A stretch of 64,000 bases of DNA from Candidatus Multivoradales bacterium (GCA_965248925.1 CBDFLE010000006.1:4416001-4480000); one strand, 5' to 3'. Counted from the first letter of the stretch, positions 53,839 through 64,000 are shown. The notes: generated by a model from the letters alone, not told the origin. A program made the numbers and translations.

Positions 53839-54849
53839 TCAGATCTCGATACAGACCTTGCCCAAGTGTTGCGCGCTGTCGAGGTAGCGGAAAGCGTTGA
53901 CCGCCTCGCTGAAAGAGAACACCCGATCGACCACCGGCTTCAATCGGTGCTGGTCGATGGCTCGGGTCATGGTCTCGAAGCTCTCTCGCGAGCCGACGAG
54001 AATGCCCTGCAGACGGACGTTCTGCATCACGATTGACAGCAGGTTGAGTTCACTGGAGACCCCTGAGAGCACGCCGATCAGGCTGAGTTCTCCGCCCGCC
54101 CGGACGGCTTTCAATGCCTGGCTCAAGGTGCCGCCGCCGCCCACCTCGACGACATGATCCACCCCCCGGCCGCCGGTGAGTTCCTTCACTGCTTTGCCCC
54201 ACTCGGGCTGCTGCTGGTAGTTGATCGTCCGCCAAGCGCCGAGCTGGCGGGCTCGTTCCAGCTTACTGTCGCTCGACGAGGTGATGATGGCGCGCGCGCC
54301 GAGCAGCTGTGAGAGTTGCAGGGCGAAAATCGACACCCCGCCAGTGCCCTCCAGCAACACCGTGTCCCCTGCCTGCACCGAGCCTTCGATGGCCAACGCG
54401 CTCCAGGCGGTAAGCGCGGCGCAGGGCAGAGTAGCGGCTTCGGCATCGCTCAAGTGGTCAGGCACTGGTGAGACGCCCGCCGCCGAGAGCACCATGAACT
54501 CGCACAGAGTGCCGCCGAGCGGGCCCCCCAGAGTGGCGCGCAGATCGGCGGCGGCCGCTCGGCCGGCCAACCAACCCTGGGAGAACAAGGTCGCTACCCG
54601 CTGGCCGACCTTAACTCGGCTGACCCCCTCGCCCACCTCCTCGACCGTGCCTACGCCGTCTGAACAGGGCACCAGCGGTAAGGGTTGGCGCGGGTTGTAG
54701 GCACCCTTGGCCATCAGTAAATCGCGATAATTGAGGCTCGCCGCCCGCATCCGCAGCAACACTTGGCCCGGACCCGGCTTTGGCGTGGGCACCTCGGCGA
54801 AGCGTAGGTTGTCGAGGCCGAACGAATCTTCTATCTGTAGGGCTTTCAT
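53839..54849 (-). CDS. MDR-superfamily NAD(P)-dependent alcohol dehydrogenase/oxidoreductase
   Basis: ASLNYRD, PCSDGVG, AATLPCAALTAW, GTGGVS, GVDHVVEVGG, HLGKVCI. Confidence 0.93.
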   Translation of the reverse strand: MKALQIEDSFGLDNLRFAEVPTPKPGPGQVLLRMRAASLNYRDLLMAKGAYNPRQPLPLVPCSDGVGTVEEVGEGVSRVKVGQRVATLFSQGWLAGRAAAADLRATLGGPLGGTLCEFMVLSAAGVSPVPDHLSDAEAATLPCAALTAWSALAIEGSVQAGDTVLLEGTGGVSIFALQLSQLLGARAIITSSSDSKLERARQLGAWRTINYQQQPEWGKAVKELTGGRGVDHVVEVGGGGTLSQALKAVRAGGELSLIGVLSGVSSELNLLSIVMQNVRLQGILVGSRESFETMTRAIDQHRLKPVVDRVFSFSEAVNAFRYLDSAQHLGKVCIEI

Positions 54850-54890
54850 GGCCGAATCTTACCCGGCCTCGCGACGGCCGCGCCGAGTCC

Positions 54891-55319
54891 TCAATTGCTC
54901 GACCGCAGAGTCGACAACCACTGATCGCGCAAGGCCCCAACCCGTGGCGCCGGCGGCGCCAGAATCGGCAGCTGGCGATGCTTCTGTTTCAGGCGGTGGC
55001 GGCGCTGGCGAACCTCCTCGACGGCTTTGGTGGCCCTTGGCGCGCAACTCGCGGGCGCTGAGGTGGAAGACTTCGAGCAGCAGGCCGGCGCGATGGCGCA
55101 GATTGCCTCCGGGCTGTCGAGCTGGACGGCCCGAGCCAGGGTCAAGGTGGCGGCTTCGAGATCTCCTCGGTCGATCAGCACTGCACCGCGATGGATCGCC
55201 GCCAACCCGGCGTCAGGATCGAGTTTGGTGGCCAGCGTGAACTCGCGGTGGGCGTCCTGCGGTTTCTGCTGGCGGCGGCAGAACGGCGGAGCGACGAGGC
55301 TGGCACTGGAGCGGGCCAA
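54891..55319 (-). pseudogene. Degenerate TPR-protein remnant
   Basis: AHREFTLATKLDPDAGLAAIHRGAVLIDRGDLEAATLTLARAVQLD is TPR-like. No convincing start or RBS, and the sensible frame appears to shift downstream. Confidence 0.4.
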
Positions 55320-55396
55320 TCTGTGTCCGGTGCTTGCTCTTGACGCCCAGCGAACATAGGCTTCTTGTCGTAGCCAAGCTCAGGAGGACCGAGACG

Positions 55397-56017
55397 ATGG
55401 GTAAGACTCGAACAATCTACTCCGTGCATCCGGCGGTGACCCACGGCCAGCGCATTCTGGCCAATCTGCCGGCCAAGACCGGACGCTCTCTAGAGCAGTG
55501 GGTCGCACTGGTGAGCGCCGACGGCCCGGCCGAGGACCAGGATCGGCGGGCCTGGATGAAGAGCATGCACGGCATCGGCGGGGTCACCGCCAAGTTGGTG
55601 GTCGACCATGCCGCCGGGCGCTCCACCGACACCGACCCGGATGCCTATCTGGCCGCTGCCGAGAGCATGGTGACGGCGATGTACAGCGGTGCCAAGGAGG
55701 TTCTGAAACCGATCTACGAGCGCCTGATCGAGGTTTCCCTGAGGCTTGGCGACGAGCTGCGGATCTCTCCTTGTAAGACCATCGTGCCGCTCTATCGCAA
55801 CCACGTCTTTGCGGAGATCAAGCCCGCCACCCGCAGCCGGGTCGATTTCGGCCTGGCGCTCAAGGGCTGTGAACATGTGCTGCCCGATCGCTTGCTCCGC
55901 ACCGGCGGTTTGGAGCGTGGTGACCGCATTACCCATCGCTTCCCTCTCAGCCACCAGTGCGAAGTCGACGATCAGGTGGTGGACTGGATGAAGGTGGCCT
56001 TCGCACTCGACGCCTGA
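55397..56017 (+). CDS. DUF4287/DUF5655-type protein
   Basis: NLPAKTGRSLEQW...WMKSMHGIG; PCKTIVPLYR..VFAEIKP, RITHR, VDDQVVDW; AGGAGG RBS. Confidence 0.8.
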   Translation: MGKTRTIYSVHPAVTHGQRILANLPAKTGRSLEQWVALVSADGPAEDQDRRAWMKSMHGIGGVTAKLVVDHAAGRSTDTDPDAYLAAAESMVTAMYSGAKEVLKPIYERLIEVSLRLGDELRISPCKTIVPLYRNHVFAEIKPATRSRVDFGLALKGCEHVLPDRLLRTGGLERGDRITHRFPLSHQCEVDDQVVDWMKVAFALDA

Positions 56018-56176
56018 GGATCTCCACATAAGTTGCCTGGCACCTCTTCGGTCGGCCATGCGCTACCACCAGGCCGGCGACGTGCTGCGGTCCAGGGCCG
56101 CACGGCTGGCTGGATAGGCCGTGCTGTGGCGTAGCTTTTTGGTCCGAGAATTACCGAAGTTGGGAGCCCCATGTCG

Positions 56177-56782
56177 TTAGTCCAGCTTGGTCATCACCCC
56201 GATCGGGATCCGATCATGGCCGAGACTAGACTCGTCATAGCGCAGCTCCAATACCCAGGTGCCAAGGCCGGGCCTCTCGATCCGTAACTCGTGGACCCCC
56301 AAGGGAATGTCTCGCGCGAATCCGCCCCATCCGTTGAGCTTGCCCACGAGCACGCCGTCCAGCAAGACTGCTGCGCCGCCGTATTCCCTAGAACTCACGA
56401 GCCACATGTGTACCAAATAGCGTTTCTCGCAAAGGTCGTATTTAAGGTGTGAGGACTTTTGGGTGAATCCACTCGTCCAAGATATCTGGTATGTCTGTAA
56501 TCGGTTACTGTTCATTTCCAAGATGACTATGGTGGCGCCCTTTTGAGCGACCAGTTTATGAGGATAGCTGTCGGGCCGGTGAAGAAGCATCTTTGGATAC
56601 TGCTGTATATGTTCTTCAACATCCGCCACTACCATCTGGCAACGCAAGCCGCTGACGAATACGTTCGATCTACCCCATGGCTTCACAGAACCAACGAAAG
56701 GCGGCGACAAGCAACCCAGCGCAAGAATCACAACAAGAGATGCAAGAAGGTTGCTTGAGACTGCGGCTAACCTTGGCATCAT
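56177..56782 (-). CDS. Putative immunity lipoprotein with C-terminal PEGA-like domain
   Basis: ATGA overlap with the RHS stop; lipobox LALGC; GAAVLLDGVLVG...IPLGVHELRIERPG; visibly lower GC than the flanks. Confidence 0.6.
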   Translation of the reverse strand: MMPRLAAVSSNLLASLVVILALGCLSPPFVGSVKPWGRSNVFVSGLRCQMVVADVEEHIQQYPKMLLHRPDSYPHKLVAQKGATIVILEMNSNRLQTYQISWTSGFTQKSSHLKYDLCEKRYLVHMWLVSSREYGGAAVLLDGVLVGKLNGWGGFARDIPLGVHELRIERPGLGTWVLELRYDESSLGHDRIPIGVMTKLD

Positions 56783-59700
56783 CGCACTCCTGGACACTTG
56801 GCTTTCCTGTTCCTGGATTGCCGCCCCTTATTGCCCCACCCAGGCGTTTGCCCTGACCCTACTACGTCAGGAGGCGTAAGGCCGCAGGTCTTGGCGATGG
56901 TGCTGGCGAAGGAGTTGCTGTTGGGTCCTCGAAGGAGCCGATAGCCGGATGGGTTTGGATAGTTCAGAAACTGTTGACCGACACACGGGTCTGTCATGCA
57001 ATCCTCGTCGCCACTCCAGGGTCCGCACTCTGTTCTGGTATCTCCGACACCTGCGGTGTCGAACCAGTCATTCTTGAATTTGCATCCCACACCCCGAACT
57101 TTCTGCAACCCATAGGTCGTGCTTTTGGATTTGCCCGAGGGCCCTCCAGTGTTTTGCTCTGTCTCGATGAAGCAGTGCTTGAAGGCTGCCAAGGATTGCC
57201 CTCGCGTGATCGGCGTGCAACAGACCCTTGATTTCTCGCCAGTCGGGTCGACGAATAAGAGAGGGTTCGCTGTGGCGTAGAGGTAAGGGTGGAAGTCACC
57301 TTGAGCACCTAGCGGGTCGGGTCGGCTATAGCTGCCGGTGCCAGATTGATACCACCGTAGAACGTTGAAGAAGGAAGGGCTACCCACATCCCAAGTTGCA
57401 TCCGCCCACTGCCCCGGCAAGCGCAGGAAAACGCCTGCGTCTCCGGCATTTGCGAAGTCACTGCCGAAGGGCTCGAATCCGCCGCTCCAGTTCGAGGCAC
57501 CGACAGTGCTAGAAGCTAGTACCGGTGTCCCGAGGTGGTCTGCCGTGAGGTGGGTCACGAGAGCCCCACCGGTTTGGGCTACCGGCTGCCCTTCGAAGTA
57601 GAGCACTACATTGGCCTCGGTGGCACCCACTCGCCGCTGCAGGACGCCATCGGCACTGTAGGTGGCCGATGTGGCCGTCTCGGCCATGCAGCTACTGGCT
57701 CCGGGATCACCCCTGGCGCTGATGTTGCCGCTTTCAAAGCCATCGCAGAAGAGAGCGTTGCCCGAAGTGTCGGGCTCGCGGCCGACTGCCTGGCGTAGGT
57801 AGCTGCGACCGTCGTAGAACATCGTCGAGCTGGCCTGTGCCGAAGGATGATCAATGGCCGACAGGCGGCCTGCATCATCGAATGTGTAGGTCACTGGGTT
57901 GCCGTTCTCGTCGATCCCGATTTGGTTGCCGGCTGCGTCGAAGGTGTAGACGCGACTGCCGCCTGCACCGAGTGCAATCTGGTCGAGTTTCGCGGTATTG
58001 CCGCTCGCGGCAGCGTTGGCGAGGTACTGGTAGATGTCGGTGGCGCCGTCCCGAGTCTCGCTGAGACGGTTGCCGATTTTGTCGTAGGCCCAGGCCAGAG
58101 CACCCCAAGGGCCGTCGCCCTGGGTGAGGAAGTATTGGTAGTCCTGGTAGGCGTAGGTGCGGTTGTTCAGCGAATCGAGCAGATCACCGATAGCGGTGAT
58201 GTTGCCGACCCCATCGGTGGTGTAGTCCCAGTCGAGCAAGGTGCCGCCAGGGCCAACCGCTGTGATGCTGGCGGGCTGATAAGCGGTTGTCGTGCTGGCG
58301 GTTTTCGGTGACACCATTGCCGCGTGTCAGCTGGCGCAGTGGGCCGATGGGTTGGTAGAGGGCTCCCGTGACGATCAATTGGACGCCCTGGCCTGGCACG
58401 TCGGCATCGAGGGTCTGGTGACGGTCAGCGTGATCGAAGGTGTAGATGGCTCGCACTCCACCAGGATACAGGATCTCACTCTTGTTGCCGTTGGCGTCGA
58501 AGGCGTAGGCCAGCTCGCCGTCTTGAGTCATGCGGCCGAAGCGATCGAATTGGTAGTCGATCGGCTGGCCATCACGTTCGATCTGGGTGAGTCGGCCGAG
58601 ACTGAAGGGCACCAGCGGGTCATCGTAGGTGTAGGTCACGTCGAGGGTGTCGTCGGGGTAGTCGACCAGGGTGACCCGATCCAGCTCATCGAGAGTGCGC
58701 AGGGTGGAGATGCTGCGTGCATCGGTCGTCTCTGTGCGTTCGCCGTGCTCGTTGTACAGATGGCTGGTCACGCCAGAGACCTCGGAGGTCTCGCGGGTCA
58801 GCAAATTTCGATCGCTGTGGACGTAGCTGGTGACCGTGCCCTCTGGGTCAGTGACCGTGTTCAGATGATCCTGAACGTCAAAGCCGTAGGCCGTTACGGC
58901 TTGGCCACCTGCTGCGCCGCCGAATGGCTGGCTGACGGTGATCAATCGGTCGAGTGGGTCATAGGCGTAGAGCGTACTGGCTGGCGCAGATGACCCGCCG
59001 ATGGATGGTTGGCGTCCCAGAGGCGTTCGATGTCACCATCGCAGTTGTAGGCGTACTCGGTGATCGCCTGCTCGGGGCTGCCCGCGCCTTCGATCATCTG
59101 GTCGAGATGACAGCGGGTCGAGTACAGGTAATCGGTAGTCGACGCACTCGTCCAGCTCGCGCCGTCCCAGCTTTGTAGCTCTTCGCGAACCCGGTGACCG
59201 AAGCTATCGAGGGTGTAGAAGGTGCGCTCGATGTGGCTGCCGGGCAGGTCATCGGGCTTGCGTTCGATCGAGGCAAGTCGGCCTGCGGAATCGTAGGAAT
59301 ATTCGAGCACGTTGCCGCGCGGAAGGACGGTTTGGAAGAGATCGCCAAAGACCGTGTAGCGCTGCTCAGTGATCAGGTCTTCGGCCAGTTCCGTGCCTTT
59401 CTGGATGCTGAACAGAACACGATTGAGCGGGTCGTACTGCGTTTCGCTGGCTACCCCGTTGGGGTCGGTGACTGAAGTTCGGCGGTTGAAAGGGTCATAG
59501 CCGAACAGAGTGCTGCCGATCAGTGGATCGGTGCGACTGGCCAGCACCAGGCCGCCACGGGCAGCGTCCCAGGCGCTGGTGGTGACATCGGCGGTGCCAT
59601 AGCCGGGTGGATCGCGATCTTCTGGCTGGCCCTCGGCGGTGTAAGTAGTCGTGGTGGTGTAGCTGAAGGCTTGGCCGTCTTCTACCCCTTCGTCGATGCG

Positions 59701-61184
59701 GTCGGTGGCGTTGCCTTGGCCACTGAGGGTGAAGGTTGTACGGCGGAAATCTAGAGGGTTGCCGGTGGTCGAGGGGCGCTCGATCTCGGTGATCAGGGCC
59801 GGGTAGGTGAGATCTCGCTGCCAAGTGGTCTCGCGCTCCTCCGCCGTGCCCAGCGCTTCGACACGGGAGATTGCTTGGCCGTTGGCGTCGTAGGTGGTGA
59901 GCGTCGTGGTGCCGCCGCCGTCGATCTGGCGAGTGGGGCGCAGGGGGTGGGCCGGATCTTCATAGAACAGCCGGCTGTTGGGGCCGGTGCCGCAGCTCGG
60001 GCAAGAGCCTTCGAGCTGCTCCAGACGAGGCTTGCGGCTCTCGGAGTCGCGGCCCAAGGTGTAGGTGGAGATCTCGCCCATTGGATCGGTGACCGTGGTG
60101 ACCATGGGCAGCTGGGGATCGTCGAAGCTCATCGACCAGCGATCGACGGCGCCGGCGTCGTTGAAGTTAGCGGCGCCTTTCCACATTTGCACAACATTGC
60201 CGAAGGGATCATAGGCCCAGGCGCCCGCGATCCGCTCGCTAGCGTCTGTACCCGCCAGGCTCATTCGGGTCATGTAACCCGGCAAGGTTGGGTCATCGTA
60301 GAGGAAGACCCAGGCGGTGCCGTCGGGTCGGTCGATGCGGGTGAGGTCTTGGCCGGTGTAGGTGTAGCCCCAAGTGCGGCTGGTGGTGCTGTCGATGCCG
60401 ACTTCTGTAATCGAGTCCAGCTTGCCGCCTGCCGAGTAGGTGAAGGTCTCCGAGCGGCCATCGGGGAAGCTGACGGCGGTCAGCCGGCCAGTGCCGTCGC
60501 GGGTGGCGGTCTTGGCGTTGCCGTTGCGGTCGGTGGTCGAGGACCATAGGCCGGTGTTGTCGAATTGCATCAGGGTGCCGTCTAGATCGAGCAGGGTCCA
60601 GCCGGTCGGGGTCTTGGTCAGGGTGCGGTACTCATCGCTGGGAATGGTGCGGTCGTAGCCCCCGTCCATGTTTAGGTCGGTAAAGCGGCGGAAGGTGGCA
60701 TAGCGAGCGAGCAGCCAGACGTTGCTTTCATCGGGGTCGCGAGCGATTCTTTCGGTGTACTCGTGGGCCCAATAGCGCCCCAGCTCGGCGGTGATGCCGG
60801 CCGAGCCGGGATAGCTCGGGTGGCCGACCCCGCCCGCGTGGTAGCGCAGCAAGGCACCGGGGCCGCTCTGCGGCGGCGAGGCGCCGCCGCCTCCACCACC
60901 GGCGCTGCCGCCTATTCCGCTGCCACCACCGACGCACGAGGGGCACGATTCATCTTCCGGGCAGCCGCTGGGCGGGGGTGGGGGTGGGCAGAGGGGCGAC
61001 AGGCTGAAGTCGACGACGCGGGTCGTTTCTTTCGGGCAATGGGGGCACAAGAAGCCGACGCAGGGGCAGGCGGTGGCGGTGAGTAAGTGAGGACGCCGCT
61101 GCAGGCGGTGCCGGCTTGGGCGGGGTGGGTAGTGGCAACGATGAGGGCGATAGCGATGTTCACGATCGGTCTTCTGAGCTGCAT
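56779..61184 (-). pseudogene. RHS/YD-repeat polymorphic toxin with Sec signal, split across four reading frames
   Basis: ATG at 61184 with AAGGAG and a signal ending AQA; YD repeats in ORFs 58942-61050, 58184-58945 and 56779-58317; core end YSRPDPLG...YLYATANPLLFVDPTGE; frame breaks at about 61084, 58992 and 58282. Confidence 0.85.
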
Positions 61185-61787
61185 CTAGATATTCTCCTTA
61201 GCTGGTTTGGCTCCACTGTCGGGTTTTTAGCTCGCTTCCATTCTCAGTTTCTGTGCCTTTCTATGCTCTTGGCGTTCTTCGCCAGGCTCGCTGGTGGATG
61301 ACGGCGTTAGCTCTTCGGTTCACGGTCAGGGAACGATCCGGTGCTAGAAACTTCCCTAGAGAATACATGAAATAAAGAGATTCTTCGTTTTAACGCGGTT
61401 ATTCTCTGACCTATATCACGGTTAGTTGACTTCAATATCCCCCTCGCGGTTTGGCGGTCGACGGTGTCTGACCAGGGCCAGCAGGTGGTTTCGCACCGAG
61501 TGTCTGAACAGCGGCTGGCTGACTCCGGCAGTGCCGTAGGCTGAGGTCACGATCCCCCTTCCAACAAGTCCGGGAGGATCGCCTAACACCCTGCTGTCAG
61601 CGTCGCTACGCTGGCGGCCAGCACCTCATGGAGCGCTGGACGCTCCGGTGGGGGAAGGAGTACCCGATGAGTGCACCTAGAACAGAGATCACGCCCGTCG
61701 TAGGCTGGCAGCCACAGTTCGGCCCGCTTTATCTCCCTGGCGGCGCGCCGAGGTTCGGTCCGATCTATCTTCCAAACGGATAGCACC

Positions 61788-63257
61788 TCAGCTCGGCCTG
61801 GCTCCGCGAGGCGGTAGACCAAGTTGCCGACCTTGGCGGAGCGCGGCCCGGGCGATCTCGACCGCCGTCAGCGTCAGGCCCTCGACGGAATGTTGGGTGT
61901 GGCTCAGCTGTTGCAACGCCGCTGCGGCTATGCGGTTGCTCTTGTTAGCCTCCAGCAAGCGACCCACGGCATTGGCCGCTTTGTGGGCTGTCACTATCTC
62001 GCCGCTCTCCAGCAGCAGGGATAACAGGTCGAGAGTCACAAGAGACCAGTCGAAAACGTTGAGTGGCCACAGCAACTTCTGGGCCTGACGCAAGTAACTC
62101 TCAGCTCCGGCGCTATCCCCCAGGGCGCGTTGGATGCTTCCTCGCAGCCAGTTCGTGGTGCCACTGGCGTAGGGGTCGTAGGCTCCGAGGAGAGGTTGTG
62201 CTGCTTCGTATCGCTCCAGTGCCTCCTCAGGCCGCCCTTGGGTAAGTGCTACCTGAGCAAGCCCCTGGAGGGCACCTAGGCGATTCTGATCATCCTCAGG
62301 GTTGAGCAGAGCGAGGCCATTCTCGAAACTGGTTTGGGCTTTGCTACAACGCCCAACCAACAACAGGGCAGCGCCGCGATCGATGAAGACTTGGCCCAAC
62401 CTAGGAGTATCGGCCCGCTCCAAGTAGATCAGCAGAGCCGCAGTGCTGACCTCGAGGGACTCGGAATAACAGGCGTAAGAGATCAACAGCGTTGCTATCC
62501 GCTGCAGAAGGTCGCCGCGCACAGCTGGCGACGCATCGTCTATGACTAACGCCAGGGCGTGGGCTGCGGTCTCAATCGAACCTGAAAGTCGATGGGCGGA
62601 GGCAAGGCTGCCGGTGATACTGGCGAAGGCGTCGCGAGATTCGGTTGCCGGCAGTTTAGGGCATGCCGATAAGGCTAGATAACGCGCCAGAGCTGCTGCA
62701 TCTCTTGGTTTGGAGAGTCGCAAATCGTCCAGCACATCGGCCGCCAGGTGGACAAAATTGCTGCGTTGGCAAAAATCGTGTTCGAGGTACCCACATCGCT
62801 GATCGAGCGAGCCAGTCGACATCTCGGCGAATAGCATCTCGCGCGTGATCCGGCTAACCGCGGGACTGGCTGGCGGCGAGTCCTTCGGTTCCGTGCTGGG
62901 CAAGCTCTCAGCAACCTCGCGCAGCTGTTGGATTAATGGCGGCTCCTGCTGTTGGTCCAGATGCAAGACTTCGAGTAGCCAGCGGCCAGAGCCGATGGCG
63001 GGCGGATCTGGCGGTGGCGGTCGTTGCAGGCCAAAGGCCTCGCGGAAAAAGTCCTCCGGCAGCTCGCCAAATTCGATGAGTACCTCTCCTAGAGTATCGA
63101 GGGGCATGCCTCGCTTGCTCTTCATCATCCTGGTGAGTCGCCCGCCCTCGCCCATCTTGAGCTTCGTCTGTACTTGTTGGACGCGGCCACGATTTCTCCT
63201 CAGGACCCGCTCTAGCTGGCGGTAAATAAGCTCAGAAGTGGAATTCTTCTGCCTCAC
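61788..63257 (-). CDS. HTH plus TPR-repeat protein (putative regulator)
   Basis: GTG at 63257 with GGAGG, and TATACT upstream; N-terminal XRE-like segment ending LPEDFFREAFG; several TPR helices (LGQVFIDRGAALLLVG, LQGLAQVALTQGRPEEA, WLRGSIQRALGDSAGAESYL). Confidence 0.75.
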   Translation of the reverse strand: MRQKNSTSELIYRQLERVLRRNRGRVQQVQTKLKMGEGGRLTRMMKSKRGMPLDTLGEVLIEFGELPEDFFREAFGLQRPPPPDPPAIGSGRWLLEVLHLDQQQEPPLIQQLREVAESLPSTEPKDSPPASPAVSRITREMLFAEMSTGSLDQRCGYLEHDFCQRSNFVHLAADVLDDLRLSKPRDAAALARYLALSACPKLPATESRDAFASITGSLASAHRLSGSIETAAHALALVIDDASPAVRGDLLQRIATLLISYACYSESLEVSTAALLIYLERADTPRLGQVFIDRGAALLLVGRCSKAQTSFENGLALLNPEDDQNRLGALQGLAQVALTQGRPEEALERYEAAQPLLGAYDPYASGTTNWLRGSIQRALGDSAGAESYLRQAQKLLWPLNVFDWSLVTLDLLSLLLESGEIVTAHKAANAVGRLLEANKSNRIAAAALQQLSHTQHSVEGLTLTAVEIARAALRQGRQLGLPPRGARPS

Positions 63258-63494
63258 GGTTTCTTCCTCCCCGGTTATTTCAGAACGTGCAGAAGTATAG
63301 ACGTTCGGTTCTTCTCTCACCACCATCACCGTTCGCCCGGCCAACGGTTGGCCGAATGGGTCGATATCGCCCCTTCTGATGGCGTTCGCAGCTCCTTTTC
63401 TTGGCCAGAATCGCGACTTAGACCGTTCCTCTTGCCTCTGTTCTCACGATTCGCCGAAGCTTCCGACCACAACGCAGGTCAAGAGGAGGCCACC

Positions 63495-63842
63495 ATGTCC
63501 GACGAAATAAAACCCGAGTGCGATGCACCATCCTTCGAAGACACCTTCTGGCGCGACCTGCTGGAGGCTAGCTTTAGAGTCAAGAAGGAACACCGACGAC
63601 TCGGCAGATTGCTCGGCACAGCTCTCAAGAACAACAACCAACTACTGGACGGCCGGTTTGCCAGCCCTGACGGTATCCCCACATCCTCTGATCCCCGCCA
63701 GGTGTTGGTGCATTCCATGATCGTGCTCGAATTCGTGGTCAACAAACTGCGTGACTCGGCCCGAAAGGCCGGAGATGGCAGCCAAGGACCTGCTAGCCAA
63801 GCGGCAGCAGCCGCTCCGCCCAGCGACGGAGACTCGCCGTGA
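63495..63842 (+). CDS. Small helical hypothetical protein divergent from HTH-TPR
   Basis: GAGGAGG RBS before ATG at 63495; 115 aa, no recognised motif. Confidence 0.65.
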   Translation: MSDEIKPECDAPSFEDTFWRDLLEASFRVKKEHRRLGRLLGTALKNNNQLLDGRFASPDGIPTSSDPRQVLVHSMIVLEFVVNKLRDSARKAGDGSQGPASQAAAAAPPSDGDSP

Positions 63843-64000
63843 GCCACCAGGCCCCCATCCAACTGGCGGATCTGCGCCGCGCCGGCCTGCTGGCCGTCGA
63901 GCACCAGATCCTCGCTGAACGGGCATTGATGGAACCCTGGCCCAGCGCCCTGCTGGCGCCGATCCCAGCCGGTGCCCGCTGGCAAGGCGACGAAGACCCG
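63839..64000 (+). CDS. Hypothetical protein, 5' part only (runs off the window)
   Basis: GTGA overlap with the previous stop; frame open to the window end (MSHQAPIQLADLRRAGLLAVEHQIL...). Confidence 0.5.
   Translation, partial: MSHQAPIQLADLRRAGLLAVEHQILAERALMEPWPSALLAPIPAGARWQGDEDP

Noticed and set aside
56779-61184. T6SS-delivered effector, or programmed frameshifting
   Set aside because: No PAAR, VgrG or chaperone genes, and a Sec-type signal is present. Three lesions of different type without slippery heptamers fit decay or error better.
61583-61822. 79-aa ORF faintly resembling a RelE/ParE C-terminus
   Set aside because: Overlaps the HTH-TPR 3' end, has no RBS, and the resemblance covers only a few residues.
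1-64000. tRNA, rRNA, known riboswitch or transposase
   Set aside because: None recognised by eye in the intergenic regions; an Rfam/tRNAscan run would be needed to exclude divergent ones.

Overview
This is a GC-rich bacterial chromosomal window. It most likely comes from Acidobacteriota (Thermoanaerobaculia-like), inferred from lineage-typical domains: an acidobacterial VWA protein, an 'LCLxxxRF...VKVLDAC' C-terminal module, IPTL-CTERM and HTH-TPR proteins. Most of it is intact housekeeping and envelope genes: a ChvG/ChvI-like two-component pair, rsgA, saccharopine dehydrogenase, mdh, an M16 peptidase pair, an orphan HMG-CoA synthase, alr, three tandem MFP adaptors plus a MacB-type permease, vapBC, rmuC, an Entner-Doudoroff cluster with malQ and a ROK fusion, dusA, an AGCS transporter and an HtrA pair. 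The most interesting parts are: (i) a right-hand accessory region with an HTH-TPR regulator, a Sec-signal RHS gene broken by three lesions, a papain-like C-terminal toxin tip and a PEGA-lipoprotein immunity candidate; (ii) a three-gene secreted glycan locus (GH99/GH71-like, beta-barrel, GH-A-like with duplicated Cys-rich modules); (iii) a candidate sigma54-driven CU-rich small RNA; (iv) two related HTH plus divergent-orphan modules. No rRNA, tRNA, CRISPR array or transposase was recognised. All calls come from reading motifs by eye; no database searches were run.
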